From the NCBI GenBank assembly GCA_951813855.1, contig OX638380.1, positions 4,685,797-4,749,796 of the forward strand: 64,000 nucleotides of DNA. The letters are read 5' to 3'. Below the pieces are notes generated by a model. That model searched no databases, was not told the origin of the DNA, and was given only the letters and a program-made list of their open reading frames with translations. This document shows, piece after piece, positions 9,200 to 21,917 of this stretch; position 1 is the first letter of the stretch, and each line of letters opens with the position of its first letter. A program made the translations under genes and the position numbers. The stretch comes from an uncultured Verrucomicrobiae bacterium. Lineage in GTDB: Bacteria > Verrucomicrobiota > Verrucomicrobiia > Limisphaerales > AAA164-E04.

Positions 9200-11575
9200 A
9201 TGCCTGTCAGAACAAAGTTCGTTCGATTGTTGTCCGTCGCAGCCTTGGTTTGGGCGACGTTCTTACCGGCGAGCGCGAACGATTGGCCAGTGCGAATCGT
9301 CGACGAATCGTTCGACGAGAAAAAACCTTCGTCCGGTCACGGGGTTCTTTGGCGGGCCGCTGATGAAGTAGACTGGGGCGAGGGTTTCGAAGGTGCGGCG
9401 CCGCGGTTTAGTCGGGAGCGGGCACTCATCCATTGGCCCCTGGTCACGGACCGAGAGCAGTCGTCTTGGCTGAATCTGCAGGAGGGCAGTTTGCGGTTCC
9501 GTTTTCGACCGGACTGGAACTCGGGAGAGGGGCCCGGAGGCTACGCCAGCGTTGTCTCCGTCGGGTTATGGACAGCGGAATCTCCCAAGATCGGTTTTTG
9601 GTCGGTGACGTTCGATCCGACCGGCGATCGTTTGATTTTTTCCGGCCAGAACGAACAAACGGGGGCAGTCTATCTCACCGCGCCGGTCAAACTTCAGGCC
9701 GGCCGTTGGTACGACATGCTGTTGTCCTATTCGGTGCGAGCGACTTGGCTTTACGTCGACGGCAATCCGATCGGGCCGGGAAACGGGATCAGGATTTTTC
9801 CCGGCGAAGCGGTTCTTCAGCGTTACGGCTTGCAACTGGGGAATAGCTCTACGGGCAACCAACCATTGAAAGGCACCATCGATTCCTTCGAAGTCTACGA
9901 CCGGGGCTTGACCGGGTTTCGGCAACGTAAGGACAACCACGAGTTGGCCATTGCCGTCGACTGGGACGAACGAGCGACGCGATTGACTTGGAATCGCAAG
10001 GACCGTTCGCCGGTTTTCGTTCGCCGGCGACTCGTAGGTACCGCCGAATGGCAAAAGCTTAGCCCGTTTCTAATCACCAACCGTTTTGTCGATGTCAATC
10101 CCGGACTCGCGTTAGGGCAATGTTACGAGTACGTGGTCGGACAACGCCGGGCCGGCGTCGCTATCGGTCAATTGCCCCCGGTTGAACGCCGCGGGCGAGT
10201 CTTGCTACTGGTAGCGGACAGTCTCTCCGAATCCCTGGAACCGGATCTGACGAGTTTTCGGCAAGATTTGATCGGTGACGGCTGGTCGGTGGCACAGCGC
10301 AAGGCGCCGTCCCATATCGCCAGTTCATCCCGGCAATATCGCCGCCGACTTCAAACAGCCAAATCGATCGTTGCCGAGTTCTATCGCGAAGCTCCCACGG
10401 AACGTAACGTCGTGTTGTTGATCGGCCGAGTCGTCGTCCCGTATTCAGGATCGAGCGCCGAAGACGGCCATCAACGAAAGGGGGACGACCATCGGGGAGC
10501 TTGGCCTTGCGATGCTTGGTATGGGGATGTGGACGGCGTCTGGACCGACGAAACCGTTTCCTATCGCAATCAGACGTATCGCGCCAATACGAATCTCCCC
10601 GGAGATGGGAAATTCGATCAAAATCAGTTGCCTTCTTCGTTGGAACTGGCCGTCGGCCGAATCGATTTTTCCCGGTTGCCGGGCATCGCCGGGTTCCTGG
10701 CGTTACGGTCGCAAGAAGAGGATTCGATCAGGCGTTATTTGAAAAAAAATCACGATTACCGGACGGGTAAGCTTCGGTTCGAGGAACGGGCTGCGATCAA
10801 AACCTACCTGCCCAGTCCGGCGATGTCTCAAACGGCGGAAAGCAAAGCGCTCCACAACGGCATCAGACTGTTCGGCGATCGGGAAAACGGGGTGTTGGAG
10901 CGGGATTGTTTTCAGCTCGATACTCCGGTGGCCTTGGGCTTTCTCGCCGGTTCGGGCGGCCACGCTTCCTTAGTCTCCGGCCGGTATCGCACGGCCGCCA
11001 TGGGGCGGCAGGGGGCCGGACCGAAGGCGGCGTTCTTGTTGCTGTACGGTTCCTGGATCGGGGATTGGAACATGCAGGACAATTTTCTCCGAGCCGCTCT
11101 GTGCGGAGTCGACGGGGGATTGACGGCCATGAGCGCCAGTCGAACCGACTGGAATCTTACTTCCCTGGGGTGGGGCGGAACGCTTGCGGACTGTTACCTG
11201 GAGACCGCTAATTTTTCCGAACGGCCGGCGCCCCGGTCGCTGGCGGTCTTAGGTGACGTGACGTTGAGGCTTCAGCCGCTAGCTCCCGTTACGGACCTGA
11301 CCGGAGAGCGCACGCCCGAAGGCGTCAAGCTCCGATGGCAAACGGCGGAACCGGGTGCCGGCCAAACCGGGTTTTTCGTTTACCGGGCCGCGTCGCTCGC
11401 CGGTCCCTTCGATCGTATCTCCGGCCCGGGGATGTTGCGAACCGATAGTTTCATCGATTCGGAACCGCCCGCCGGAAAAACTTGTTACCTGGTTCGAAGG
11501 GGCGCCGTCGTCTCCAGGCAGGGCAGCAGTTATCACGATTTAAGCCAAGGCCGTTTCCTTACTGTCGAACCGTGA
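9200..11575 (+). CDS. secreted multidomain protein: LamG/ConA-like lectin domain plus a possible peptidase-C25-like region
   Basis: A signal peptide (MPVRTKFVRLLSVAALVWATFLPASA) starts at the ATG at 9200. The LamG-like stretch is SLRFRFRPDW...GRWYDMLLSYSVRATWLYVDG. Later motifs (VLLLVADSL, VLLIGRVVVPYSG, CDAWYGDVDG, LAVGRIDFSRLP) recall the gingipain/C25 fold, tentatively. Confidence 0.6.
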   Translation: MPVRTKFVRLLSVAALVWATFLPASANDWPVRIVDESFDEKKPSSGHGVLWRAADEVDWGEGFEGAAPRFSRERALIHWPLVTDREQSSWLNLQEGSLRFRFRPDWNSGEGPGGYASVVSVGLWTAESPKIGFWSVTFDPTGDRLIFSGQNEQTGAVYLTAPVKLQAGRWYDMLLSYSVRATWLYVDGNPIGPGNGIRIFPGEAVLQRYGLQLGNSSTGNQPLKGTIDSFEVYDRGLTGFRQRKDNHELAIAVDWDERATRLTWNRKDRSPVFVRRRLVGTAEWQKLSPFLITNRFVDVNPGLALGQCYEYVVGQRRAGVAIGQLPPVERRGRVLLLVADSLSESLEPDLTSFRQDLIGDGWSVAQRKAPSHIASSSRQYRRRLQTAKSIVAEFYREAPTERNVVLLIGRVVVPYSGSSAEDGHQRKGDDHRGAWPCDAWYGDVDGVWTDETVSYRNQTYRANTNLPGDGKFDQNQLPSSLELAVGRIDFSRLPGIAGFLALRSQEEDSIRRYLKKNHDYRTGKLRFEERAAIKTYLPSPAMSQTAESKALHNGIRLFGDRENGVLERDCFQLDTPVALGFLAGSGGHASLVSGRYRTAAMGRQGAGPKAAFLLLYGSWIGDWNMQDNFLRAALCGVDGGLTAMSASRTDWNLTSLGWGGTLADCYLETANFSERPAPRSLAVLGDVTLRLQPLAPVTDLTGERTPEGVKLRWQTAEPGAGQTGFFVYRAASLAGPFDRISGPGMLRTDSFIDSEPPAGKTCYLVRRGAVVSRQGSSYHDLSQGRFLTVEP

Positions 11576-12621
11576 GCCGCCCAACGGCAGCTGGAGCCGG
11601 CGACCGTAGCGGCACCCTTCGCGCCCGTCTTCGGCCTCTCGCTTTTTTGTTCGGACTGGTCGGCGTCGTCTCCCTAGCCTGGATTTTACCGGATCCGGGA
11701 GCGCAAGGCGGGAGTTTGCGAAGCGAAACAACCAGGCAACTGGCGATCGTCGTGATTTTCGTCGTCCAGGGACTGGCGTTGCCGACCGAGCGGTTCCTGA
11801 GCAGTCTCCGGCTGTTCGGGCTATACGGATTCGTTCTGGGATGGGGTTATGTGCTGTTCCCGGCGGTGGTGTGGGGGATGCTCTGGTTGAGCTTCGGCGG
11901 CATGTCCCCGGAAATCGTCACCGGGTTCGTCTATTTGTCGCTCTTGCCCACGACCATCAGCGCTTCCGTGTTCTTTACCGCTCGAGCTGAGGGCAACGCC
12001 GCCGGAGCGGTTTTCAACGCGTTCTGGTCCAATATATTGGCGGTATTCCTGACCCCCCTGGGGATGCTGTTGCTGGCGACGGCCCAGACCGATTATCGCG
12101 CGCCGCTGGCGCAAACGTTCTGGGACCTGATTTGGTTGATCGTCTTTCCCATTATTTTCGGTCAACTTCTGCGGCCTCTCGTCAATTTGATATTTCCTAA
12201 AATCAGGGGTTGGTTCGGCAAGATCACTACATTCTGCATTTTTTTTATCATGTACTGCACGTTTTGCGACGGGGTGAAGAACGTGGCGTGGGACCGATTG
12301 GGGTGGCAGGTGTTCGTTCTGACTCCCGTGTTCGCGGCGGGTGCCTTGGGACTGGTCACCGTTTTCGTTTGGAAGACGAGCGCTTGGTTCGGCTTCTCCC
12401 GGTCGATCCGCATTGCGGCTCTGTTTTCCGCTTCGCACAAGAGCCTGGCGGTAGGCGTGCCCATGGCTAATTTGATAATTCCTATCCAACCAGGTTCCGA
12501 GGTTTCGGACCTGAGCGTCGTATTGATACCGCTGATTTGCTACCATCTCATGCAATTGAGCTTGGGTTCTGTCCTGGCGGAAAGATTACGGGGAAATCCG
12601 ATTGCTTCCCGGCCGGATTAA
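11572..12621 (+). CDS. bile acid:sodium symporter (BASS/SBF-like) family transporter
   Basis: The polytopic membrane protein carries LLPTTISASVFFTARAEGNAAGAVFNAFWSNILAVFLTPL. The likely GTG start at 11572 overlaps the upstream stop (GTGA). The track ORF starts at 11482, inside the preceding gene. Confidence 0.7.
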   Translation: MSRPTAAGAGDRSGTLRARLRPLAFLFGLVGVVSLAWILPDPGAQGGSLRSETTRQLAIVVIFVVQGLALPTERFLSSLRLFGLYGFVLGWGYVLFPAVVWGMLWLSFGGMSPEIVTGFVYLSLLPTTISASVFFTARAEGNAAGAVFNAFWSNILAVFLTPLGMLLLATAQTDYRAPLAQTFWDLIWLIVFPIIFGQLLRPLVNLIFPKIRGWFGKITTFCIFFIMYCTFCDGVKNVAWDRLGWQVFVLTPVFAAGALGLVTVFVWKTSAWFGFSRSIRIAALFSASHKSLAVGVPMANLIIPIQPGSEVSDLSVVLIPLICYHLMQLSLGSVLAERLRGNPIASRPD

Positions 12622-12660
12622 TTCCAAGATGCACCCTAAGCCTGCCTTGATCACTGATTC

Positions 12661-13935
12661 ATGAAAAGAATACCGTTTACCCGAAGAAATTTCCTAACCG
12701 GCTCGATCGCCTCTTTGGCCAGTATTTCCTTGGTGCCCCGAAGCGTGCTGGGCGGGCCCGGTTTCACTTCGCCTAACGAGCAGCTGACGCGAGCCGTCAT
12801 CGGAGTCGGCGGGATGGGGCGGGGGCATGTCTCCAATCTCAATACCCAGTCGAAACTCCTGGCGGTTTGCGACGTGGACGCCAATCATTTGAAACGAGCG
12901 GTCGAGTTGGGGGGCAAAGACGTGGTCGGCTATCACGATTTCCGCGAAGTGATCGATCGCAAGGATATCGATATCATCCATATCCCCACACCGCCGCACT
13001 GGCACGGATTGATGGCGGTCGCGGCCGCAAACGCCGGCAAGGATATCTGGTGCGAGAAACCCATGACGCGGACCATCGGCGAGGGATTGAAAGTGGTAGA
13101 GGCAGTTAACCGTCACCGGCGTATTTTCCGGTTGAATACCTGGTTCCGTTTTCGATCGGGTTATTACGGCATGGGCACTTCGGTCAAGCCGATCAAGAAA
13201 GCGGTCGCCAACGGCTTGTTCGGCTGGCCCCTGAAAGTCACCGTGAGCGGCGCGACCGGCTTCAACTGGAAGTTCAACTGGATAGGCAAAACCCGGTTGC
13301 CGGCCATGCCGGTTCCCGAACAACTCGATTACGAGATGTGGCTCGGCCCGGCTCCCTACAAGCCCTACCACCCGCATCGAGTGCATGCCACCTTCCGTGG
13401 TTATTGGGACTATGACGGCGGCGGGCTGGGGGATATGGGGCAGCACTATCTCGATCCCGTGCAGTATCTGTTAGGCAAGGATGACGAGAGCCCTGTGGTT
13501 ATCGAAGCTGACGCACCGCCTCAGCACCCGGACGCTTGCGGCACTTGGAGAGAAGTCCGGCTCAAGTACGCTGACGGCTGCGAAATCGTATTGGACGGAG
13601 TCAACCGTTATCCGGATGCGGCGTTCATCGAAGGCCCCAAGGGCAAGCTTTACAAAGGCATGAAATCCACGTTGCCCGATCTGCCCGCGAAATTGGCGGC
13701 GTTGCCAGACCCGGAACCTCAGGTAACCGATTTTATTCAGGCGGTCCGGGAACGGAAGAAATTCGCGCTCAACGAGACCAACGGGCATCGTTCTTGCACC
13801 ATCGTGAATCTCGCGAAAATCGCCGTTCGCCTGCGGCGGCCGTTACGATTCGACAGTGCCAAGTTCCGCTTCGTCGGCGACGAGTCAGCAAATCGATTTA
13901 TCGATCAACCGATGCGCTTTCCTTGGGTCATGTAA
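12661..13935 (+). CDS. Gfo/Idh/MocA family oxidoreductase with a twin-arginine signal
   Basis: The TAT-like signal is TRRNFLTGSIASLASISLVP. The Rossmann motif is VIGVGGMGRGH and the EKP motif is IWCEKPM. Confidence 0.85.
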   Translation: MKRIPFTRRNFLTGSIASLASISLVPRSVLGGPGFTSPNEQLTRAVIGVGGMGRGHVSNLNTQSKLLAVCDVDANHLKRAVELGGKDVVGYHDFREVIDRKDIDIIHIPTPPHWHGLMAVAAANAGKDIWCEKPMTRTIGEGLKVVEAVNRHRRIFRLNTWFRFRSGYYGMGTSVKPIKKAVANGLFGWPLKVTVSGATGFNWKFNWIGKTRLPAMPVPEQLDYEMWLGPAPYKPYHPHRVHATFRGYWDYDGGGLGDMGQHYLDPVQYLLGKDDESPVVIEADAPPQHPDACGTWREVRLKYADGCEIVLDGVNRYPDAAFIEGPKGKLYKGMKSTLPDLPAKLAALPDPEPQVTDFIQAVRERKKFALNETNGHRSCTIVNLAKIAVRLRRPLRFDSAKFRFVGDESANRFIDQPMRFPWVM

Positions 13936-14161
13936 CCAATGGCGGTGGAACCGAGCGGCGACCGGGAGGATTTCGACGTGGCCGTTCGACCTCTTGGCGA
14001 TAGCTCTCGGTTTTCCGCGACGGGCGTTGAACCATCGGCTTCATTCGAATCGGTGGTTTCGGAAGCGTTGTTGATAAACGATGGCGGTATGCTCAAGGTG
14101 CGGAATCCGGCGATGACCAATTGATGCGATAATACTGTTGATGCGATTGACCGATAAACTG

Positions 14162-14631
14162 ATGGCAACGGTTTGATTATTGTTTGTCTTCGCCGGGTGC
14201 GGCGGCGGGAGCGAAGAATCCGGGACTTCTCGATCGGATCCGCCGGGAGTGGCCGAACACCCTGTGCCGGAAAATGATTTTGATGGCGTCTCGGCCGGCA
14301 AGCCGGAGGTGATGGCCGTCGCAGCAGGCTTTAGGTAAACGGTGGTTTTGTATCCCGATGGCATTTTGGTCGCTTGGGGTAACAACCGATATGGCCAGAC
14401 GTCGGCACCGGAAGATTTAATGGAGGTGAAGGCCGTCGCCGCAGGAAAACGTCATACGGTAGCATTGCAGTCGGAAGGTAAGGTTGTCGCCCGGGGGCGT
14501 AACGACTCGTGCCAGACGACAGTGCCTGAAGATTTGAAAGAATTGACGGCCATCGCTGCCTGATCGGCACACACAGTAGCTCTGCAGGCGGACGGTTCAG
14601 TAATCTTTTTGGCCATAAGATGATCTCTAAG
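14162..14631 (+). pseudogene. RCC1-repeat lipoprotein gene remnant
   Basis: The lipobox LLFVFAGCGGGS is followed by RCC1-type repeats (VAWGNNRYGQTSAP, AVAAGKRHTVALQSEGKVVARGRN, AHTVALQADGSV). In-frame stops lie at about 14174 (TGA), 14335 (TAA) and 14564 (TGA). The 3' end is cut at 14631 by an IS21 fragment. Confidence 0.7.
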
Positions 14632-14971
14632 CGCGTGCTTTGGGCGGGGACGGGATGAGGTTGAAATCGAATCCTTCGAGGTTTTTTACTGGGGAAGAGT
14701 TTGGCCTGCCGGGTATGTCGGTCGAGGCGCCGGTTGTCCCTTTCGGTCAATTCGAGTTCGGCGAGGGAGAAGAGGAATGTTGACGCCGGCCAACCCTCCT
14801 TGTCGGCACGTTGAGCCAGGATCCGCCACTCGGTCTCGATGGAGGGCAGTCGCAGCCCGGAGAGCATGAGGGAAAGTCGATCGGGATCGACGGCCTGTGG
14901 CGGTGTAGAGCGGATGGTCATGGCGAGAGGAGGTTGCCGAGCAGATTGGAGTACTGACCGAGGTGGCCCAC
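14632..14971 (-). mobile_element. IS21-family remnant, part 1 (istB 5' fragment)
   Basis: It encodes MTIRSTPPQAVDPDRLSLMLSGLRLPSIETEWRILAQRADKEGWPASTFLFSLAELELTERDNRR. This is homologous to the istB start at 39380 in the second IS21 copy. Homology stops at 14632. Confidence 0.8.
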
Positions 14972-17592
<2,621 letters not shown>

Positions 17593-17618
17593 TCAATCAT
17601 TGCAAAAGTAATGTCATG

Positions 17619-19422
17619 TAATTAGTGTTAAGTCCAAAAGTTAAAATCCATAGTTGATTTTTTAAAAACAAAAAAGAATAATTTCAAATTAGATCGAAAT
17701 AAGTGGTTAAATCGACATATTTATCTTAAATCGTATTTTTTTTGATCTTTTACAGAATTCAAGACGCACCTCTCCCATTCTTGACATTGATTTGGCGATT
17801 TTTGTTAAGCCGCTTTCGGACGAACCAATGGCTTGGAGAGACGCTGCAGCTCCTTGTTTCGAACGAGGCTGCCAAGGCGATAACAATTGGCACAGAGAAC
17901 GGCTAGAGCTACGGTGCGTTTGAATCCGTCTGAGCCGTAGGAGTAGACTCGATTGAGGCCTCGGTGTTCCAAATGGTTGATGGCTGATTCGACAGCGGGA
18001 TGTTGCTTTCGGGCGGTTTTGAAAGCCTCGCTAGTCTCGCGTTCTTTCTCCTTTTTGGTAAGTTTCCCTTTTTTGGGCAAGGTTACTTCTGGAACCATTT
18101 CACGGAGTTTCTCCTGATTAGGTGGATTATGAAACCCTTTGTCGAAACTGCAACTGAACAAGTCCGGAAATAGTTTTTTGGTCTCCTCGAGAATCGGGAT
18201 GGCCACGTGCACATCCTCTTCTTGCCACATGACACGATAAGTCAAAACAAATTGGTGTTGATCTTCCACGATGCAAACGGGCACCCCGAGTTCTACCGGT
18301 TTGCCTGCCTTTCCTTTCTGGATCCACCGCGTATGAGGTTCGAATACGGAAAAGATCTTTTCGTCCGCCGGAATGGTTTCTCCTTGCAGAATGCGCCGAT
18401 CCGCTTGTCGCGACAAGAGACGACCGCATTTCAAAAAACCTTGGATTTGCCGGTGTTTTTTCGCCTTGACCTTCTTGTTCTCCTTCAGCCGATCCCACGA
18501 CGCACCGGCTCGCTCCAGAATTTGGTCGCAGGCCTTCAGATAAGCCCGGACTTTGTCGTGACGGCGGTTCGCCAGCTGAGCGGTGCGAACGGAAAAAAAC
18601 AATTTCCTAATCTTCTTCAGCCAATGGTGACTTTGCCTCCACCCCTTCAGGTTCCGTTTTTTGCATTCACGAATCAGAGTTCGAATGCAATCATAGAGCA
18701 AATTGAGATCGGTGGGATAATGGACATCCGTTTCCACCACGAACGAATCGCAACGCGTTTTGAGTTGGTCTCCTTCTTGATGCCCCGCAACCTGCTGACC
18801 ATGCTTGACGATCAGCAAGTTGATTTCCTCAATCAATTCGGGAGTCAAGAGATTGACGTTTTGAATCACGGTGGTTCGTTTATATTCTCCCCCCGGTTCG
18901 AAATCACCATGGCCTAAGACAAATCGCAACTGCTTATGATAATTAGCGAGGGTTAGCAAAAGATCGTAATTGCATCTTAAACTGTGTTTGATGAGAGCCA
19001 GAACTAGAATCGTCCAAGCACTCATGCCCGGACGACCGAATCCTTGGTCGCCGAACTGTTGAAAATGATTTTCCAGCAGCTGCTGTATCTGGAGCCATAA
19101 TGATTCGTTACCATAAACACTCTGTAGCCCAATCAAGATTCGAACGACGCCATCACGTTGCGTGGGGTCGAACTTAATTTCCTCGAAGGGTACTGGTTGA
19201 AATGCGGGTTGAGTGGTTCTGAAGATTCTCATGTTAGAAATCGAAGATTAGTCTCAAAGATGCTGACGATTGGTCTCAAGGACGCTGAAAGTCCATTTTT
19301 CAGGTAAAAATCAAAGTTCCGACTCGAATGTTAGACAAATAAATCGAACAAAATGTTACAAAAAAACCGCTTGAAATGCAGGATTTATTGAAAATTGTCC
19401 CTTTTGGACCAGACACTAATTA
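17619..19422 (-). mobile_element. 1.8-kb IS (IS5/IS1182/ISNCY-like), copy A
   Basis: The TIRs are TAATTAGTGTTAAGTCCAAAAG on the left and TAATTAGTGTCTGGTCCAAAAG as the reverse complement of the right end. No clear TSD. A second copy lies inverted at 20114-21917. Confidence 0.85.
17805..19232 (-). CDS. DDE transposase, 475 aa (IS4/IS5 superfamily; family assignment uncertain)
   Basis: Motifs are DSFVVETDVHYPTDLNLLYD and a C-terminal RKQHPAVESAINHLEHRGLNRVYSYG...ALAVLCANCYRLG. The ORF is intact. Confidence 0.75.
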   Translation of the reverse strand: MRIFRTTQPAFQPVPFEEIKFDPTQRDGVVRILIGLQSVYGNESLWLQIQQLLENHFQQFGDQGFGRPGMSAWTILVLALIKHSLRCNYDLLLTLANYHKQLRFVLGHGDFEPGGEYKRTTVIQNVNLLTPELIEEINLLIVKHGQQVAGHQEGDQLKTRCDSFVVETDVHYPTDLNLLYDCIRTLIRECKKRNLKGWRQSHHWLKKIRKLFFSVRTAQLANRRHDKVRAYLKACDQILERAGASWDRLKENKKVKAKKHRQIQGFLKCGRLLSRQADRRILQGETIPADEKIFSVFEPHTRWIQKGKAGKPVELGVPVCIVEDQHQFVLTYRVMWQEEDVHVAIPILEETKKLFPDLFSCSFDKGFHNPPNQEKLREMVPEVTLPKKGKLTKKEKERETSEAFKTARKQHPAVESAINHLEHRGLNRVYSYGSDGFKRTVALAVLCANCYRLGSLVRNKELQRLSKPLVRPKAA

Positions 19423-20113
19423 GTTTCCCGAATAAGATTTCGACGGGACGGAGCGGGGTTAACATTCATAAGCCGAGCGTATTGAGTCTTCGCTCGGAAC
19501 TGATGGTATCGGAAACCGATAAACCTGAACTAAGTCCAAATATTACCATCGAAACGATGGTCACGATGAAGAGTATGAAATCCCCGTCGTGGGGAATAAT
19601 AAAAAATGGAATAAACCAAGCTCAGACTTCCTGACACGATCGAATCCGAATAACGGGTTTAAGCCCCCAAAAGCCAGTAAGGGCTCTCGCCAAAATAAAC
19701 TATCTGTTTTCCGTGTATGTATCAAATGTATTATTTACATTCATGGGGCTTTAATTTATAATTTCATTCACCATGAAACTTCTCTTTAGTTAAACGCAAA
19801 TTTTGCATTTGTTCGTCAGTAATTTTTATGCCCGTCTGATATTTGGATTCATCTAGATCACAGTTTATTTTCGACCCATTTTTAGTTGTTGTATTGCTAA
19901 TCAAATTAACTATGGTTTCATAATTGGTTAATAAGCGTCCCCGCCAATTCATTGAAATATATGAAAACATTTGATGTTTAATTTTATTCCACTTGCTCGT
20001 GCCAGGTGGAAAATGACAAACTGATATTTCCATACTAAGTTCATCAGCCAGTTTTTGTAACTCGGTTTTCCATTATTTATTACGACTACCATTTGAACCT
20101 CCTCCATCAGCTG

Positions 20114-21917
20114 TAATTAGTGTCTGGTCCAAAAGGGACAATTTTCAATAAATCCTGCATTTCAAGCGGTTTTTTTTGTAACATTTTGTTCGATTTATTT
20201 GTCTAACATTCGAGTCGGAACTTTGATTTTTACCTGAAAAATGGACTTTCAGCGTCCTTGAGACCAATTGCCAGCATCTTTGAGACTGATCTTCGATTCC
20301 TAACATGAGAATCTTCAGAACCACTCAACCCGCATTTCAACCAGTACCCTTCGAGGAAATTAAGTTCGACCCCAGGCAACGTGATGGCGTCGTTCGAATC
20401 TTGATTGGGCTACAGAGTGTTTATGGTAACGAATCATTATGGCTCCAGATACAGCAGCTGCTGGAAAATCATTTTCAACAGTTCGGCGACCAAGGATTCG
20501 GTCGTCCAGGCATGAGTGCTTGGACGATTCTAGTTCTGGCTCTCATCAAACACAGTTTAAGATGCAATTACGATCTTTTGCTAACCCTCGCTAATTATCA
20601 TAAGCAGTTGCGATTTGTCTTAGGCCATGGTGATTTCGAACCGGGGGGAGAATATAAACGAACCACCGTGATTCAAAACGTCAATCTCTTGACTCCCGAA
20701 TTGATTGAGGAAATCAACTTGCTGATCGTCAAGCATGGTCAGCAGGTTGCGGGGCATCAAGAAGGAGACCAACTCAAAACGCGTTGCGATTCGTTCGTGG
20801 TGGAAACGGATGTCCATTATCCCACCGATCTCAATTTGCTCTATGATTGCATTCGAACTCTGATTCGTGAATGCAAAAAACGGAACCTGAAGGGGTGGAG
20901 GCAAAGTCACCATTGGCTGAAGAAGATTCGGAAATTGTTTTTTTCCGTTCGCACCGCTCAGCTGGCGAACCGCCGTCTCGACCAGGTCCAGGCTTATCTG
21001 AAGGCCTGCGACCACATCCTGGAGCGAGCCAGTGCGTCGTGGGATCGGCTGAGGGAGAAAAAGAAGATCAAGGCGAAAAAACACCGGCAAATCCAAGGTT
21101 TTTTGAAATGCGGTCGTCTCTTGTCGCGACAAGCGGATCGGCGAATTCTACAAGGAGAAACTATTCCGGCGGACGAAAAGATCTATTCCGTATTCGAACC
21201 TCATACGCGGTGGATCCAGAAAGGAAAGGCAGGCAAACCGGTAGAACTCGGGGTGCCCGTTTGCATCGTGGAAGATCAACACCAATTTGTTTTGACTTAT
21301 CGGGTCATGTGGCAAGAAGAGGATGTGCACGTGGCCATCCCGATCCTCGAGGAGACCAAAAAACTATTTCCAGACTTGTTCAGTTGCAGTTTCGACAAAG
21401 GGTTTCATAATCCACTTAATCAGGAGAAACTCCGTGAGATGGTTCCAGAAGTAACCTTGCCTAAAAAAGGGAAACTTACCAAAAAGGAGCAAGAACGCGA
21501 GACTGCCGAGGCTTTCAAAACCGCCCGGAAGCAACATCCCGCTGTCGAATCAGCCATCAACCATTTGGAACACCGAGGCCTCAATCGAGTCTACTCCTAC
21601 GGCTCAGACGGATTCAAACGCACCGTAGCTCTAGCCGTTCTCTGTGCCAATTGTTGTCGCCTTGGCAGCCTCGTTCGAAACAAGGAGCTGCAGCGTCTCT
21701 CCAAGCCATTGGTTCGTCCGAAAGCGGCTTAACTAAATCGCCAAATCAATGTCAAGAATGGAAGGGGTGCGTCTTGAATTCTGTAAAAGATCAAAAAAAA
21801 TACAATTTAAGATAAATATGTCGATTTAACCACTTATTTCGATCTAATTTGAAATTATTTTTTTAGTTTTTAAAGAAATCAACTATGGATTTTGACTTTT
21901 GGACTTGACACTAACTA
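20114..21917 (+). mobile_element. 1.8-kb IS (IS5/IS1182/ISNCY-like), copy B
   Basis: It has the same TIR family as copy A and lies in inverted orientation. It sits inside the ISAzo13-a transposase gene. Confidence 0.85.
20305..21732 (+). CDS. DDE transposase, 475 aa, copy B
   Basis: The ORF is intact and differs from copy A at about 14 residues. Confidence 0.75.
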   Translation: MRIFRTTQPAFQPVPFEEIKFDPRQRDGVVRILIGLQSVYGNESLWLQIQQLLENHFQQFGDQGFGRPGMSAWTILVLALIKHSLRCNYDLLLTLANYHKQLRFVLGHGDFEPGGEYKRTTVIQNVNLLTPELIEEINLLIVKHGQQVAGHQEGDQLKTRCDSFVVETDVHYPTDLNLLYDCIRTLIRECKKRNLKGWRQSHHWLKKIRKLFFSVRTAQLANRRLDQVQAYLKACDHILERASASWDRLREKKKIKAKKHRQIQGFLKCGRLLSRQADRRILQGETIPADEKIYSVFEPHTRWIQKGKAGKPVELGVPVCIVEDQHQFVLTYRVMWQEEDVHVAIPILEETKKLFPDLFSCSFDKGFHNPLNQEKLREMVPEVTLPKKGKLTKKEQERETAEAFKTARKQHPAVESAINHLEHRGLNRVYSYGSDGFKRTVALAVLCANCCRLGSLVRNKELQRLSKPLVRPKAA

